Below the pieces are notes generated by a model that saw only the letters and a program-made list of their open reading frames with translations, ran no database searches and was not told the DNA's origin. From contig JAXLNO010000259.1 of assembly GCA_038087875.1 (NCBI GenBank), forward strand, positions 124,001 through 188,000: a stretch of DNA of 64,000 nt, in the 5' to 3' direction. The translations under genes were made by a program, and so were the position numbers. Within the stretch, counting starts at the first letter, position 1; the number at the start of each line of letters is the position of its first letter. The stretch is from Malacoraja senta. Its lineage: Eukaryota. Positions 37,997-52,230 of this stretch are shown piece after piece.

Positions 37997-38078
37997 GGTG
38001 AAACACGGCGTGGAATCCCCCTGTGATCAGTTGAGTCAGCAACATTATTCCAATTATAAATAGAAGTGCTCTTCTCAT
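37997..38078 (-). CDS. Beta-defensin-like copy 3, exon 1 (MRRALLFIIGIMLLTQLITG[GFHAVFH])
   Basis: ATG at 38078 and a signal-peptide-like sequence. The position after nt 58 reads GG, so there is no donor there; a phase-1 C|gtacgt donor follows nt 82. Confidence 0.75.
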
Positions 38079-38495
38079 CTTTTTCGTTTTCCCTTGCTCA
38101 GGGTCAAGGTGCAGATGAAGAATATTCTAAATCATATTGAATGAATTGTCGCATTTATACTGAGCATGACCGGGATTTGATTTGTCACTCGTCGTTTGTT
38201 CATGGTACGGATGAGGCGGTGTCATGGTAATTGTTGGAACCGGGAGGCGTCCACAAATCATAACATTCCACATTGGTTCCGTTGCGGGCAACAATTACGT
38301 GTCGCAGACAATTGATTTAACAATAATTGTCTGCGTTTAGGCTCCAATCCCGGATTCAAACGGCAAACTGACGTGAGAGAGCTCGCGTGCCAATCTTTCG
38401 GATACGTCTTTTTCCGCACGGCATTCTTATCCGTCTGATTCTTGCACTGTGTTCATATCTCTTCCTCCATATCAGACAATGCCCGTGTCATAAGT
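38079..38495 (-). promoter_or_regulatory. Promoter/5' region of defensin-like copy 3
   Basis: TATAAAT at 38159-38153 and CCAAT at 38276-38272; colinear with 5031-5445. Confidence 0.65.
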
Positions 38496-39159
38496 TCATG
38501 AGATCATAAGGAATTGGAGTAGAATTAGTTCATTCGGCCAAGCACGTCTACACCGCAATTCAATCATGGCTTACCCCAAGGGTGTATACCGCCCTTTGCG
38601 AAAGCCAATGAATCAATAATATGTGTCCATCATAAAAGATCAACAAGGAGGGACATTTAGAATTAAAAAATAACATCTACAGATACTTAATTATGGTTGG
38701 AAATAAATAAGTTATCGAAAGAATGTGCGAGTGTGGCAAATGGCATATTGTTGACCAGCTGCAGAGAATTTCATGATAATCTTGCAAAACAAGTTTCGGA
38801 CACGTTATACCCCATAATTGACATTGCACATGTGTTCTCTGTTTGGGAGCGTAGCCTTTCTCAAGTAATTCCATGGGAATACGTAGCGTTGGTGAATAAA
38901 TGCAACGACAATACTTGGTTAGACCAACCGCGCCCCATGCCTCTACGAGCGCAGAAATGTTGCATTCAACGGGGATGGCTCGGGGATGTGCCAGTGGCGC
39001 GGTCTGCTCTAATAAGGGGTGGCGTGCAGTGTGTTTAACAGACAATTTCGGCTAAAATGTGAAATTGAGTTATCAGTTTAAATATCAGCCTCACATTCCA
39101 TTGCCCATTGAAATCAAGTTTTCTCATCCGGTCGAAGTCTTCTTCGAGATAGATAATAT

Positions 39160-40140
39160 TCATGAGAGATAAGATTACAGACCAGTTAGCCTGACTTCTG
39201 TGGTGGGAAAGATTCTGGAGTAAATTATTAAAGTGGTAATAATGCGGCATTTGGATAGTAGTACAAGGATTAGTCTAAGTCAGCATGGATTTATGAAAGG
39301 AAAATCATGCTTGACTAATCTCCTGAATTTTTTTAAGATGTGACAAGTAAAATGGATGAAGGGGAGCCAGTGGATGTACTGTATCTAGACTTTCAGAAAC
39401 CCTTTGATAAGGCACAGCACGAAAGACTATTGACAAAAATTAGAGCACATGGTATAGTGAACGTGTCTTTTTCAGAAAGGCAGGCAGTGGCGAGTGGAGT
39501 ACCGCAAGACTCGGTGTTGGGGACGCAACTGTTTACCATATATATTAATGATTTGGAAGAGGTAATTAGGAGCAACCCTAGCAAGTTTGCGGGTGAGACA
39601 AAGATGGGTGGCAGTGTGAACTGTGAAGATGATGTTAGGAGGTTACAGGGTGACCTGGACAGGTTGACTAAGTGGGAATATGCCTGGCAGATGCAGTATA
39701 GTATAGATAAATGTGAGGTTATCCACTTTGGTGGCAAAAACAAGGGGGCAGATTATTATCTCAATTGGGTTAGGTTGGTAAGGGGGAGGTACAGCGAGAC
39801 CTGATTGTCCTTGTACACCGGTCACTGAAAGGTGGCGTGCAGGTACAACAGTCAATGGACAATAAACAATAAACAATAGGAGCTGGAGTAGGCAATTCGG
39901 CCCTTCGAGCCAGCAGCGCCATTCAATGAGATCATGGCTGATCATCCCCAATCAGTACCCCGTTCCTGCCTTCTCCCAATATCGCATGACTCCTCTATTT
40001 TTAAGAGCCCTATCTAGCTCTCTCTTGAAAGTATCCAGAGAACCTGCCTCCATTGCAGAGAATTCCACAGTAACCACTCTCTGTGAGAATAAGTGTTTCC
40101 TCGTCTCCGTTCCAAGAAAAAGTGTTTCCCCGTCTCCGTT
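39160..40140. mobile_element. CR1 fragments (RT on +, 3' end on -)
   Basis: RT ORF at 39340-39804; CR1 3' UTR at 39870-40110. Confidence 0.75.
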
Positions 40141-42876
40141 CTAATTGCCTTCCAGCACTGCTCTTGCCAACACAGACTGCAACTTGATTTTGAAGGAGTG
40201 TAACTCCACTGGGCTGTTTCTCCTGCCTGCATCATCTTTGCATTTTAACTTATGATGAAACTACTCAGAGATCCCGTGGATTTTGAAGGACCAGCAACAA
40301 ATAGAAGCAGGAGAAAACACTGATTGGCTCTAGCCAGAGTGGGTTGAGAGTTAGAAGTGAGTCTGAGGGGAAATACTGTTGAAAAGGAGAGGCAAAGCTC
40401 AGGCAGACTTTACACAGAGCTCCCGTGGATTTTGAAGGAACAGCAACAAACAGAAGCAGGGGAAAACACTGATTGGCTCTAGTCCGAGTGGGAGGAGCGT
40501 TAGAATGAGTCTGAGGGGCAAAACAGTTTAAAACTGAAGAATTTGGTTTGTAAATTGGTAAATTAGGCAATTTATCTGTCAATATAAGCAAGACGATCCT
40601 AGGGAACGGCAGTGAGGGAGCGGTCTTGTGAGGGAAGTGCACTGTGAGAAAAGTGTGAGTCTTTGGCTCTAGAGTCTACGGCGAGGAGGCTGAGGAGAGG
40701 AGGCTAAGCAAAACGCTCGAGCGGGAGAGACAAAAGAAGGAGATATCAGGCAATTTGATTCAGTGTGATGCTTGCAGTATGTGGGAGGTCAAGGACACTG
40801 CTGGTGCCTCTGGCTGCTACAAATGTGAGAAGTGCATCCAGGGACAGATCCTGAAGGACCGTGTGGGGGAAATCGAGAAGCAAGTGGATGACCTCAGGTT
40901 CGTCCGAGAAACAGAGTCGTTCCTCGACAAGTACTACAGTAAGATTGTTACATCTAAGGTACTGGAAGAGAGAAAGTGTGTGACGGTGAGAAAGGGAGGC
41001 AAATTTGGAACGCAAAGGTCCCAGGGTGTTGTACCTCTTGTGTACAGGGTCACCCACTTAGAAGTTGTCGGGACAGAAGACGTTATCACACTGAGCTGCG
41101 GATTGGCTTGCGAAGCAAAAAGGGCTGTTGAGACAAAACCAAAGAGGCCAACGTCAGGCAACGACATTGTAGTTGGAGACTCCATTGTGAAATGTACGGA
41201 CACGGGTTTCAGCGGGAACAGACGGGAATCGAGGATGGTGTGCTGCCTTGCTTGAGCCAGGATCCAGGATGTCACGGACAGAGTACGGAAAATCCTCAAG
41301 CGCGAAGTTGAACAGCTGGAAGTGGTAGTGCATGTCGGCACAAGCGATGTCGGAAAGAAGGGGATTAATATTCTGCAGCGTGACTTTAGTGATCTCGGAA
41401 AAATGCTGAAAAGCAGGACCTCCAGGGTTGTTATCTCCGGTTTGATTCCAGTTCCTCGTGCTGGCGAGTGCAGGAAAATGGAGATACGGGACCTGAACGT
41501 GTGGCTGGGGAACTGGTGCAGGGGGAAGGGATTTAAATTCTTAGATCACTGGGATCTGTTTTGGAGTAAGGGGGAACTGTACAAAAGGGACAGATTACAT
41601 CTTAATAGGTGGGCGACCAGCATTCTGGCAGGCAGGTTTAACACTGCTACACGGGTAGTTTTAAACTGAATAAGAAGGATGGGTTGTCAAATGGGATAAT
41701 CGAGGATGGAGTTAAAGGGAAAGAGAGTAAAGGGATGGTTAATGACCCCCAGAATTTACGGGAAAGGGAGCTCAGAAAGGGATAGGAGAGTATGGCCAAG
41801 TGTAATAGGGATGGATGTGAAAGGTGAGATGCGTAAGGAATTAAAAGTATTGTATATGAATGCGCTAAGTATAAGAAGTAGATGAGCTTGAGGCTCAGTT
41901 ACAGTTTGGTAGATATGGCATTGTGGGGATTACTGAGACGTGGCTGCAGGAGGATCGGGCTTGGGAACTTAATATTCAGGGTTATACATCCTATAGAAAG
42001 GGCAGGCAGGTGGGCAGAGGGGGGGGTGCTGGTGAGGGAGGGAATTCAGTCCCTTGCGAGGGAAGACATAGGGACTGACGAGGTAGAATCACTGTGGATT
42101 GAGTTGAGGAATTTTAACGGCAAGAAGACACCAATTGGTGTTATTTACAGACCCCCAAATTTTAGCCAGGATGTAGTGTTTATGTTGCAGCAGGAGTTAA
42201 AACTGGCATGTAACAAAGTTAATGCCACTGTGGTGATGGGTGGTTTCAATATGCAGGTAGACTGGGAAAATCAGGTTGGTTCAGGACCCCAAGAAAGAGA
42301 GTTTGTAGAATGCCTCCGAGATGGATTCTTGGAGCAGCTTGTAATGGAGCCGACCAGAGAAAAGGCAATTCTGGATTTAGTGTTTTCCAATGAACCAGAT
42401 ATGATAAGAGAACTCGAGCTAAAGGAACCGCTTGGAGGTAGTGATCATAATATGATTAGTTTTAATAGTAACCAAGTTTGAAGTTTGATCTTTATTTTAT
42501 GAGGAGTTACGATGAGCGATTACGTGAAGAAATCGCGCCAGACCGCACGCACGTCAATCTTCAAAGCAGCGGTGTGAAATCATAGATAACAGTAGTCGAA
42601 GTAACATTGTAAGACTTAGAGCAGACTAGAACTACCGAATGATCTTTATGATAAGGGGGTTGGGAGCGGAGGGCACGTAATCGCTCACGAAACTCGTCAT
42701 AAAATAAAGATCAAACTTCAAACTTGGTAAGTTCTCGTATAATCTTACAATTTTACTTCGGAGTCACGTGAGTGATTCCGTGAAGATTTTTAAAGCTCTG
42801 TGATTTCATGCCATGAAAGCCGAGTCTACACAACCACAACTGCTTCATTGGCAGATGAGGGAAACATTCATAATGA

Positions 42877-42879
<3 letters not shown>

Positions 42880-42943
<64 letters not shown>
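42880..42943 (+). repeat. (AAT)n microsatellite
   Basis: About 21 perfect units. Confidence 0.98.
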
Positions 42944-44368
42944 GTAACTCCTCTCATCCGGGAGTGAACTAACCACTGACCCTAAAATAGAGTTGGCAAA
43001 TACCCCTGGTCCTCCAATAGGTTATTATGAAATGTTTAGAAAGTTCGTTCGTTTCACCATCCTGCAATTGCTAGGACGTAGTCCAGCGGAACGTTCATAA
43101 CCTTTGCTGCTGATGTTGTAGCAGGCCTTGTGGAATGAGATTTGTAAAACATATCAGTATCTCCTCCTGCATGAGCCAAACACCGTTTTCACCACCTGGA
43201 GATGGTCTGAACCAATATATTTTTATAAAGTTTTTGTAATTAGCAAACATTGTTAGTTCAGAACTTCTAAGGCTCTTCGTGACCTTGACATATTGCTGTA
43301 TATGTGTGACCATACATAACCGAAGTCCATGTGGTATGACATGAAACTGGTTTGAGACCTCACGTGTGCGCTGTTTAACTAAACATTAAAATATAATATT
43401 ATTCGCAGATGTAACCATCCTGTCCAGTCACAATATGTAGTGACTGAACCCGTTGCGCTGAGACCAGCGCCATAAGGATAACTACCGTATGAGAGCCGAG
43501 CCAAAGCTAAGGATGTAGCTGGAGCTCCCTGGTGAAATAGTGTTAATACCATGTCAATATTCCATACTGCGCTGTGCTTGTCCTGTGAGAACTTATGTGG
43601 AAAATATCCTTTATAAACTCTGGATCAGATGGTGAAACCCGACAGAGTGAGTCCCGTTTGCTGCAGCAAATATGATTGGAAGACATGTTGGGCACAGTTA
43701 ATCGTCCTATAACTTAATTTATTGTCAACGACCTATTTGAAACGAATTCCAAGATGTCCGTTATCTGTACCGTATTAGATGTAACATTAGCATTCAAACA
43801 AAACACTTCCCATCTGCTGAAGAGGAAATGTAATTCTTATATTTTAGGTGCTAACCCAGCACTCTGCAGTGAGCACAAATATGGATCGGTCTGACAATCC
43901 GAGCCGCAAGAGCTGTCTACTCAGAATCTATGTCCATAAATTGACTTTATCATGCACAGGCTGGTTTCCCGAGCCACGGGCTGAACCCGCAAAGTTTTAC
44001 GTTTAGAATAAGCGTGAAAGGTGGTATTATTATTCCCGACAAAAGCAGGAAGCATGGCCGCATAGACCAGTCAGACAGAACGACAAACTAAAGAGGGATC
44101 TTGCTGACTTTATTGCAAGACCCGACTGAGGAGGCAAAATGGAGGGAGACAAAAATAACTTCCTTCTCCTTGAAGCGAGAATGAACGCCACTGTAATGCC
44201 ACATATTTTTGCAACCGTTAAATGAGCCTGAAAACAAATTTATGGATATTCGGTGTTCCATTGAGCCATAATTTCATTAAATACTTTATGATCCAATACC
44301 CATTTGGTGTTGTCATTGGTTATACGTGATGATATTCTAACGCAAAATGAGATTAGGTAAATTATTTG

Positions 44369-44597
44369 AACTCTGGATCTCTCTGCCACAGAAGGTAGTT
44401 GAGGCCAGTTCATTGGCTATATTTAAGAGGGAGTTAGATGTGGCCCTTGTGGCTAAAGTGATCAGGGGGTATGGAGAGAAGGCAGGTACAGGATACTGAG
44501 TTGGATGATCAGCCATGATCATATTGAATGGCGGTGCAGGCTCGAAAGGCCGACTGGCCTACTCCTGCACCTATTTTCTATGTTTCTATGTTTCTAT
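44369..44597 (+). mobile_element. CR1 3' end nested in the DIRS element
   Basis: CR1 3' UTR and (TATGTTTC)n tail. Confidence 0.85.
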
Positions 44598-47500
44598 TAC
44601 AGGATATTCTGACTTGATTGCACCCATGTGACTAAAATATGTCACCACCATAGTGTCTCAACTCAACGTTGAGCATGCAGATTGTGCACAGTGCCTCAAT
44701 AATCCTTTAACATATAGAATGCACCTAGTGTCTATAGGTGGTTGATACCAATAACTGAATAATTGTTAACTCATGCAAATCTCCTCCGTTTCCGAACTAG
44801 TGATGCCATTCATAATTTTCCACCTTAGAGCCCCATCAGTTTATAATATAACTGAAATTTTACTGACCAGACTACTGGGGCAATGCTGAATACTGTTCGT
44901 CCAACATTATGACTTTGGTAGCTTCAGCTGGTAATAACAGAATATATGTCACAAAGCCCGACATGGCACTTGAGAGATTACTACTTTGCACGATGTAAAA
45001 CTCCCCCACTTGCTCAGCTGCATAACAGCTACAATATTGCCAACTACACTTCATGAGTAGAAAGCTGCTTTATCACAACAAGATTGTTACAGGCTTCTAT
45101 TAATTCCAATCTCTTACCCAAGGGCAGAGGCCAATTAATAGTTAAAGGTAAATCCCAACGATCAACAAGTCTAGTTGGTATCACCTTAATTTTCTTAAAC
45201 ATAGTTTGAGGGTGAAACAGTTGATTTTAGCAACATACAGCGTTAGAATATCCTCCAGTCAAGACATGACAAATGTTTTTGAGCTCTGAGCAGTCCAAGC
45301 ATTGGTTTTAGTAATCTGGTAAATAACCTATGAACTGAAGTTTAACCCATTTTGCAATGTTTTTTTAATCATTGCCCTTATCCAGATAAATTTCAAATGT
45401 CTCTGGTGATCTTTGTAAATGGGAGTATCCTATGGAAATCAGATGCGAAGTTTCCTATTCGGAAAATAATTATACTGCACATGCGAGTTAAACGACATTC
45501 TGCATCTTTCACAATGAACAGGCCACCCCTGCCAATCCCGTACCTGCTTTAGCAACAACACTGGCCCGAATTCCGAGCCTGTCTTGAAAACCAGTCATGG
45601 CCATAATACTGAGCCTGCCTCGAAAGACAATTCTGGCCCCAATTCCGTACTTGGAACCCTAGTATTGTGCAGTTTTACATAGTTAGATGCCACAACCATT
45701 TGTGTGTTGTAAGGCCACTGGGGCCACTTCCATCCTTATCAAGGGAATTCTACTTCATACAACACATAAACTAGACACATGCTATCATTATCATTTGTAC
45801 AAAAACAAGTGTAAATATTACCAACTTGTACATGGTCCCATATTTTCGCTGAGACCGACTTGGACCTCGGCTTGAAGACCTCTGCCCAGCTTTCATGCTG
45901 CCACCAACTTCAATGAACTGCTTACTGCCACCGTGGGGTGTGTTGTCGCCGCAACGAAGAATCTTTGCTCGTCGTTGGTACCTCGATTTGTCCGACAGCT
46001 TTTGCTTCCTCATCCAGGTTTTACCTGTTGAATAGTCTTACCTGGAGAAGATTCGGCGGCTGGTCTTTAATGTCACCTCGGCACTGTTCATTCCCGGCAC
46101 GTATAGCATGAGGGGAAGTCTGGCCCCTTCCGGGTATCCTGCCACCTTCGTTTGCGATGACTCTCTTGAATCCATACGCATGTGCTCCAGTACATTCCAA
46201 CATACTTTAGAATTCGAAGTCAGTTACCCACTAACCATTCGCACTCCCCTCCTCAGGTAGGGAGATTCGTAGACAGCCCTGACCAGGTGCTGCCGCAGGC
46301 CCCTGCCTCGTGGTATGCTCATCAGCTATACCTCCGATCTCGGAGTCAGAACAAAACTGACTCCGTGTGCTCCCCTCTTCCATCATGCAGCCCTTCCCAG
46401 GCTTTCCTGGACAGCCCTGATATTCTTTTTATTGGCTCACCAGTCCCAGTTGCTATGGCGAATTTCAATGCCATGCCTGGCACACCTGGTTATTGGCTTC
46501 CATGCCTTAGGGTATGCTGCTCTGCAATACCTCCAACCTCAGGGTCAGATCAAAACTGCCTCGGTAAGCTCACCTCCTCCATGAGGGAGACATTATGCAG
46601 CCCTTCTACAGGTGCTGCTGCCATGGGCCCCCAAGAAGACCCGTGGATATACGGCTCCTCTTCATGGAGCACATCTTCCCTATACAGCCCATGAACATAA
46701 CCTGCTGCCACGGGCCCATGGGGTGACCCACGGTTATAACAGGAGCTCCATCTTTGCCAGACGTCCACAGACGTCGCTCCTAGTGGGAGGGGGATCCTCC
46801 TGTCCCGACTCATCGGAGTGCACGGGCCTTACTGACTTTTTAGTGTCCTCCCTCCGCACAGGAGTAGCCACGGTGCGCTCAGTCGGCATCCTGGTGATAC
46901 CGCCTTCCTCCAGGATTTACCCCTCCAAGGGAACCAGTGCGGTCTGGAAGCCGCTGACCGCCTTGTCAGTGACTGGAGTAGAGAACACGACTTCCGCCGG
47001 GTACCCGCGTTCCTCGGTCCGGACCGGAGTCTCCCCACAGCCCAAAGCCGGTTTCCCCGCGGCTCGTCCGGAATTAGCTACACTATCCAGCAGGAAACCT
47101 CTGTAAGAAGAGGTTCCTGCAGGAAAACACAACCTAGTAAGAAATCCAAAACTTACCTGTAGGTTTAAACTTACCGATGGTTGGAGCGACGCGCCTGCAA
47201 GTCCGGTGCTTCGCCATGCGAACGACGATATGACGTGCGTGCGGACTGGCGGGGCTTCTTCACTGAATCACTCACGTGACTCCGAAGTAAAATCTGCAAT
47301 TTGAGAAGGAGAACGTTAAATCGGAAGTGTCAGTGACGCAGATGTACAAGGGGGCCTAGGAAGGCATGAGTGGGGAGTTGGCCAAAGTAGACTGGAAAGG
47401 GATCCTTGCTGGAATGACGGTGGAACAGCAAATAGTAGCCGTAAGCCAGAGGATTGGGAAAATTTCATAGGACAACAGAAGGAAACAAGACGGGCAATAC

Positions 47501-48761
47501 GGGCTGAAAAGGTGAAGTACGAGGGGAAGCTGGACAGGAATATAAATAAGGACAATAAAAGATTCTTTAACTATGTTAAGGGGAAAAGAGTAGCAAAGTC
47601 AAATGTGGGTCCCTTGAAGGCAGACACGGGTGAAATTGTTATGGGCTACAAGGAAATGGGAGAAGAGTTGAATAGGTCTTCGAATCTGTCTTCACTGAGG
47701 AAGACACAAACAATCTCCCAGATGTACTGGAGCACAGAGGATCTAAGGGGGTAGAGGAACTGAAAGAAATTTTCATTAGGCGAGAAATAGTATTGGGTAG
47801 GCTAATGGGACTGAAGGTTGACAAATCCCCTGGACCTGATGGTCTGCATCCCAGGGTCTTCAGGGAGGTGGCTCTAGAAATAGTGGACGCATTGGTGATC
47901 ATTTTCCAATGTTCAATAGATTCAGGATCAGTTCCTGTGGATTGGAGGATAGCAAATTTTATCCCACTTTTCAAGAAAGGAGCGAGAGAGAAAACGGGGA
48001 ATTACAGACCAGTTAGCCTGACTTCGGTGTTGGGAAAGATGGTAGAGTCAATTATTAAAGAGGTAATAATGGGACATTTGGATAGCAGTAAAATGAATAG
48101 TCCAAGTCAACATGGATTTATGAAAAGGAAATCTTGCTTGACTAATCTTCTGGAATTTTTTGAGGATATGACAAGTAAAATGAATGAAGGGGTATCAGTG
48201 GATGTAGTGTATCTAGACTTTCAGAAAACCTTTGAAGGGGTGGCTGGTGACAAAAATGAGAGCACAAGGTATTGGGGGTAGGGTGTTGACATGGATTGAA
48301 CATTGTTTGGCAGGCCGGAAGCAGAGTAGGATTGAACGGGTCCTTTTCAGAATGGCAGGCAATGGCGAGTGGAGTGCCGCAAGGCTCGGTGTTACAAACA
48401 TAGAAACATAGAAAATAGGTTCAGGAGTAGGCCATTCGGCCCTTCGATCCTGCACCGCCATTCAATATGATCATGGCTGAGTGTTGGGGCCGCAACTGTT
48501 TACCATATATATTCATGATTTGGAAGAGGGAATTAGGAGCAACACCAGCAAGTTTGCGGATGACACAAAGCTGGGTGGCAGTGTGAACTGTGAAGAGGAT
48601 GTCAGGCGGTTGTAGGGTGTCATGGACAGGTTTGGTGAGTGGGCAGATGCGTGGCAGATGCCGTATAATATTGAGGTTATCCACTCTGGCGGCAAAAACA
48701 CGGGGGCAGATTATTATCTCAATGGGGTTAGGTTAGGTAAGGGGGAGGTACAGCGAGACCT

Positions 48762-49224
48762 TATCAGAACTGAACGAGGAGGAGGACTCAAATGCAGGCT
48801 CAGACACAGGACAGATCAGATTTCAGAGTTTAATCGATCCAAGTCGGTACACAGGTAAGCAAAAACGGAGGCAACAGTACAATCTAGGAGCAGGCAAAAA
48901 CAGTGGTCGAAAACAGGCACTGGTCGAGATAACAAGGTCAAAAGATTTCTAGAGCTGGCACGAGGTGATGCAAAGTAACATACACAACGAACTGGCAATG
49001 AGAACTAAAACACAAAGGTCTTAAATACACAGCCTAACAGGGGATAACGAGACACAGGTGAAACACATCAGGGCGGGGCCAACAATCACACGAGGGGAAA
49101 CGACATGATAGGAAATGGGACCTGAAACGAGAGGAGATGTGAGACACCAAAATAAAACAAGAATGCAACCAATAATAATAAAAACAATAAGAAACAGAAA
49201 TTAGATCAAACGTGAGACCCGACA
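48762..49224 (-). mobile_element. Solo LTR, about 463 bp
   Basis: 5-bp TSD GACCT (48757-48761 and 49225-49229); ends tatcag...cgaca; TATTTAA and ATTAAA on the minus strand. Confidence 0.75.
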
Positions 49225-52200
49225 GACCTGGTTGTCCTTGTGCACCGGTCACTTAAAGTTGCCGTGCAGGTACAGCAGGCAGTGAAGAAAGCTAATGGAA
49301 TGTTGGTCTTCATATCAAGAGGATTTCCGTATAGGAGTAAAGAGGTTCTTCTGCGGCTGTATAGGGCTCTGGTGAGACCACATCTGGAGTATTGTGTACA
49401 GTTTTGGTCTCCTAATTTGCGGAATGACATCCTTGTGATTGAGGCTGTGCAGCGTAGGTTCACGTGATTGATCCCTGGGATGGCGGGACTGTCATATGAG
49501 GAAAGAATAGTAATTTAAACGAGAACTTACCAGTTTGAAGTTTGATCTTTATTTTATGATGAGTTACGTTGGTGATTACGGGAAGAAGACCCGTCAGGGC
49601 GCCTGCGCATCAATCTTCAAAGCAGCGTTGTGAAATCACAAAATACCAATAACGAAGTAACACAGTAACATAGTAAAAACAAGTAAATTTTAGAACTTCC
49701 AGCTGACCTTTATGAACAAGGGTTGGGCGTGGTGGGCACGTAATCACCAACGTAGCTCCTCATAAAATAAAGATCAATCTTCAAACTGGTAAGTTCTCGT
49801 TTAATCTTACTATTTTACTTCGGAGTCACGTGAGTGACTACGTGAAGACTTTAAAGCTTTGTGATTTCATGCCACAGATTCAAACCCGGCTTCTCACTGC
49901 ATTGATTGACTCGGAACGAGAAATAATCAAAAATGCATTAATGACATTTGCATGAAAACATGCAATAATTCATTTATTTGAATAATATAATTAACAGTAT
50001 CCCCTTTAACCCAAGGTAATTTAAGCAGAACTTAATATAGTATCTGCAAACAGTCCCGTATTGGCAATAGGCCGATGGTAAAAGTGTTGAAACACCAACT
50101 TATTAGATCACCCGGCGGCTGCGAGAATATGTTCGACGGGACGTCCTTCGCCCTGGCCGCCGATGTTGCTGCTAAATGGAATGGGATGTAAAAACATCAC
50201 TGTTAACACCTGCAGCAACCAAGACTTGTTTTAACCATCTTGAAATAGTCTGAACTGATACTATCTTGTATGGTTTTTCGTGAATGATAAACAATCTTGT
50301 TTTCATATATCATAAGACCTTTGTAGCCTCAATGTATTGCAACAGATATATCTTAACACATAGACATGGATCCATGGAATATGCTAATATAACACTCTTA
50401 AATCCTGTCACACCTGACCCTACTTCCTTCGAGTAGAACATAAATATAAAACATAACTATATCCTGAGGAACGTCCATCCTGTGTATCTGTAACTTTGGT
50501 AATGTCTGCACTTTCTGTGCTTGTTACAAGTGCCATAAGCATGACTACTTTCATGCTGAATTTGGCCAAAATCTGAATCGTACCAAGAGTCCATTGATGA
50601 AGTAGCTTAAAACCACTCTATATTCCAGATTGCCATACCTAGGTTTAGATGGTCTGGAATTAAAATTCATTCCATTAATCTGGAAAGGAAAGAACGCGAC
50701 TCAACAGGATGTCTTTCCGACCCCATCAATAAAAAACGAGGACAATGTACTTCTGGCTGAATGAATCGCACTATAACTCAACCCTTCATAATAGATTGTT
50801 GAGTAAACCTGAGACATTTCAGACATGTGCCGTACAACATTCAGAATGCTTTTGTACACAGCAAATGTTTCCATTCTTTACATAATGGGAAAGCAGCATT
50901 TACAGAGTCACAACCTCAGATTCGCAAATGTACTGCTTGTGAGTGCACTTCCGCCAGACTGCTGTAAGCATGTCCACAGTATGCCCAGACAATCCTCTTT
51001 TTAAAACCTGCAAATTAACAGATTCATACAGGCATATAACGGATGTTACTCTCCAATTATCGGATACACCAGTAAATCCTTCTTTTGGGAACCTTTATCA
51101 GAAACTGTGTAATTAATTCCAACATCAAAGGGAACCATGGCTACGTAGACCAGTCCGCTACCACCAGTACCCCAGAGGCAGCATCCTGCTTCATTTTAAG
51201 ACACCGGTTTATGAGACAGCATGATGGAAAATGCATATAAAAACATACCACCCTAATGTACCGAGAAAGTATCAATCGCTACTGTCTCCCGATGTAGTTC
51301 CCATAACACATACCTCTGTAACTGGTGATTGAGTCTGGATGGAAACAAGTCGTATCTGGCGTCCCAAATCTGACTACTATATCATTAAAATCTTAAGATT
51401 CATCATCAATTCTTTGTTATCATGGAAATTCCCGTAACCTGGTGTCTGCCACTATATTGAATCTACCTGGTAGATAAATAGCTGAAACCAAATATTTGTC
51501 AATACACCAAGTCCAGATTTGATTAGCCAATTTGTCACATGACACCGACTTAATTCCACCCATACGATTAATACATGCCATTGCTGTAGTATTGTTAATT
51601 TGAAGTTGAACATGCAGATTTATTGTATTAACAACAAGCTTGGAGCTCATAAGCCTTCCAACAGCTGTAATACGTTGATTCTCCATGTCTGCAAAAATAA
51701 TGCCTCTTCCATATCCCATCTGTCCACAGATGGATACCATTTCAGTGGCAGCATTCCTAGTGCACTGACATCAGTCTGTAAGACCATGGAAGGCTGTTCA
51801 ATCAGTATCTTGCTCGAAACTACTGGAGACATGTTAAATCCACCACTGCACATCAGAAGCAGCAATTGTTGATTAACTGCATGGCCTATCAAAAATGGCT
51901 GCCATGCATCTTAGTGTCTTTTCTTTTTACCGTCTGTATCTGCTGGTAGTACAATGGCCCATAATGTATTGCTGGAAATAACACAAATTTTCCTAGCAAG
52001 CTAGCCACCTGTCTTAATTCAAGATTGTTGCTTTTTCAACAGCTTAATGCAACCATCAATCAGCTCTGCCCTTTATCCAGGGTAAAATTACTACCAAGTC
52101 AATTGAATCAATTGTGAAATAAAAATAATCATTTGTTGTAAGCGGCGTTAACCTTGATTTCTCTGGATGAATTAAACCCACAACTTTCAAAAGTGGATTT

Positions 52201-52230
52201 AACAATTGAGAGAGATAACTCACTAATTCT

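Larger units (their letters stand above)
42467..47293 (-). mobile_element. DIRS1-like tyrosine-recombinase retrotransposon, decayed, with both termini
   Basis: Inverted terminal sequences and an internal complementary region (42675-42790) matching both ends; degenerate YR/RT-like segments. Confidence 0.8.
40150..49508 (+). mobile_element. Long decayed CR1 (5' UTR, ORF1, ORF2) split by a DIRS element and a solo LTR
   Basis: ORF1 CDAC..CEKC and VVGDS; EN at 41882-42466 resumes at 47294 (tttaat|ctgcaatttg); RT to about 49500. Confidence 0.85.

Noticed and set aside
38677..39045. Overlapping 113-aa and 122-aa ORFs upstream of copy 3
   Set aside because: No recognisable motifs or splice structure; probably non-coding.
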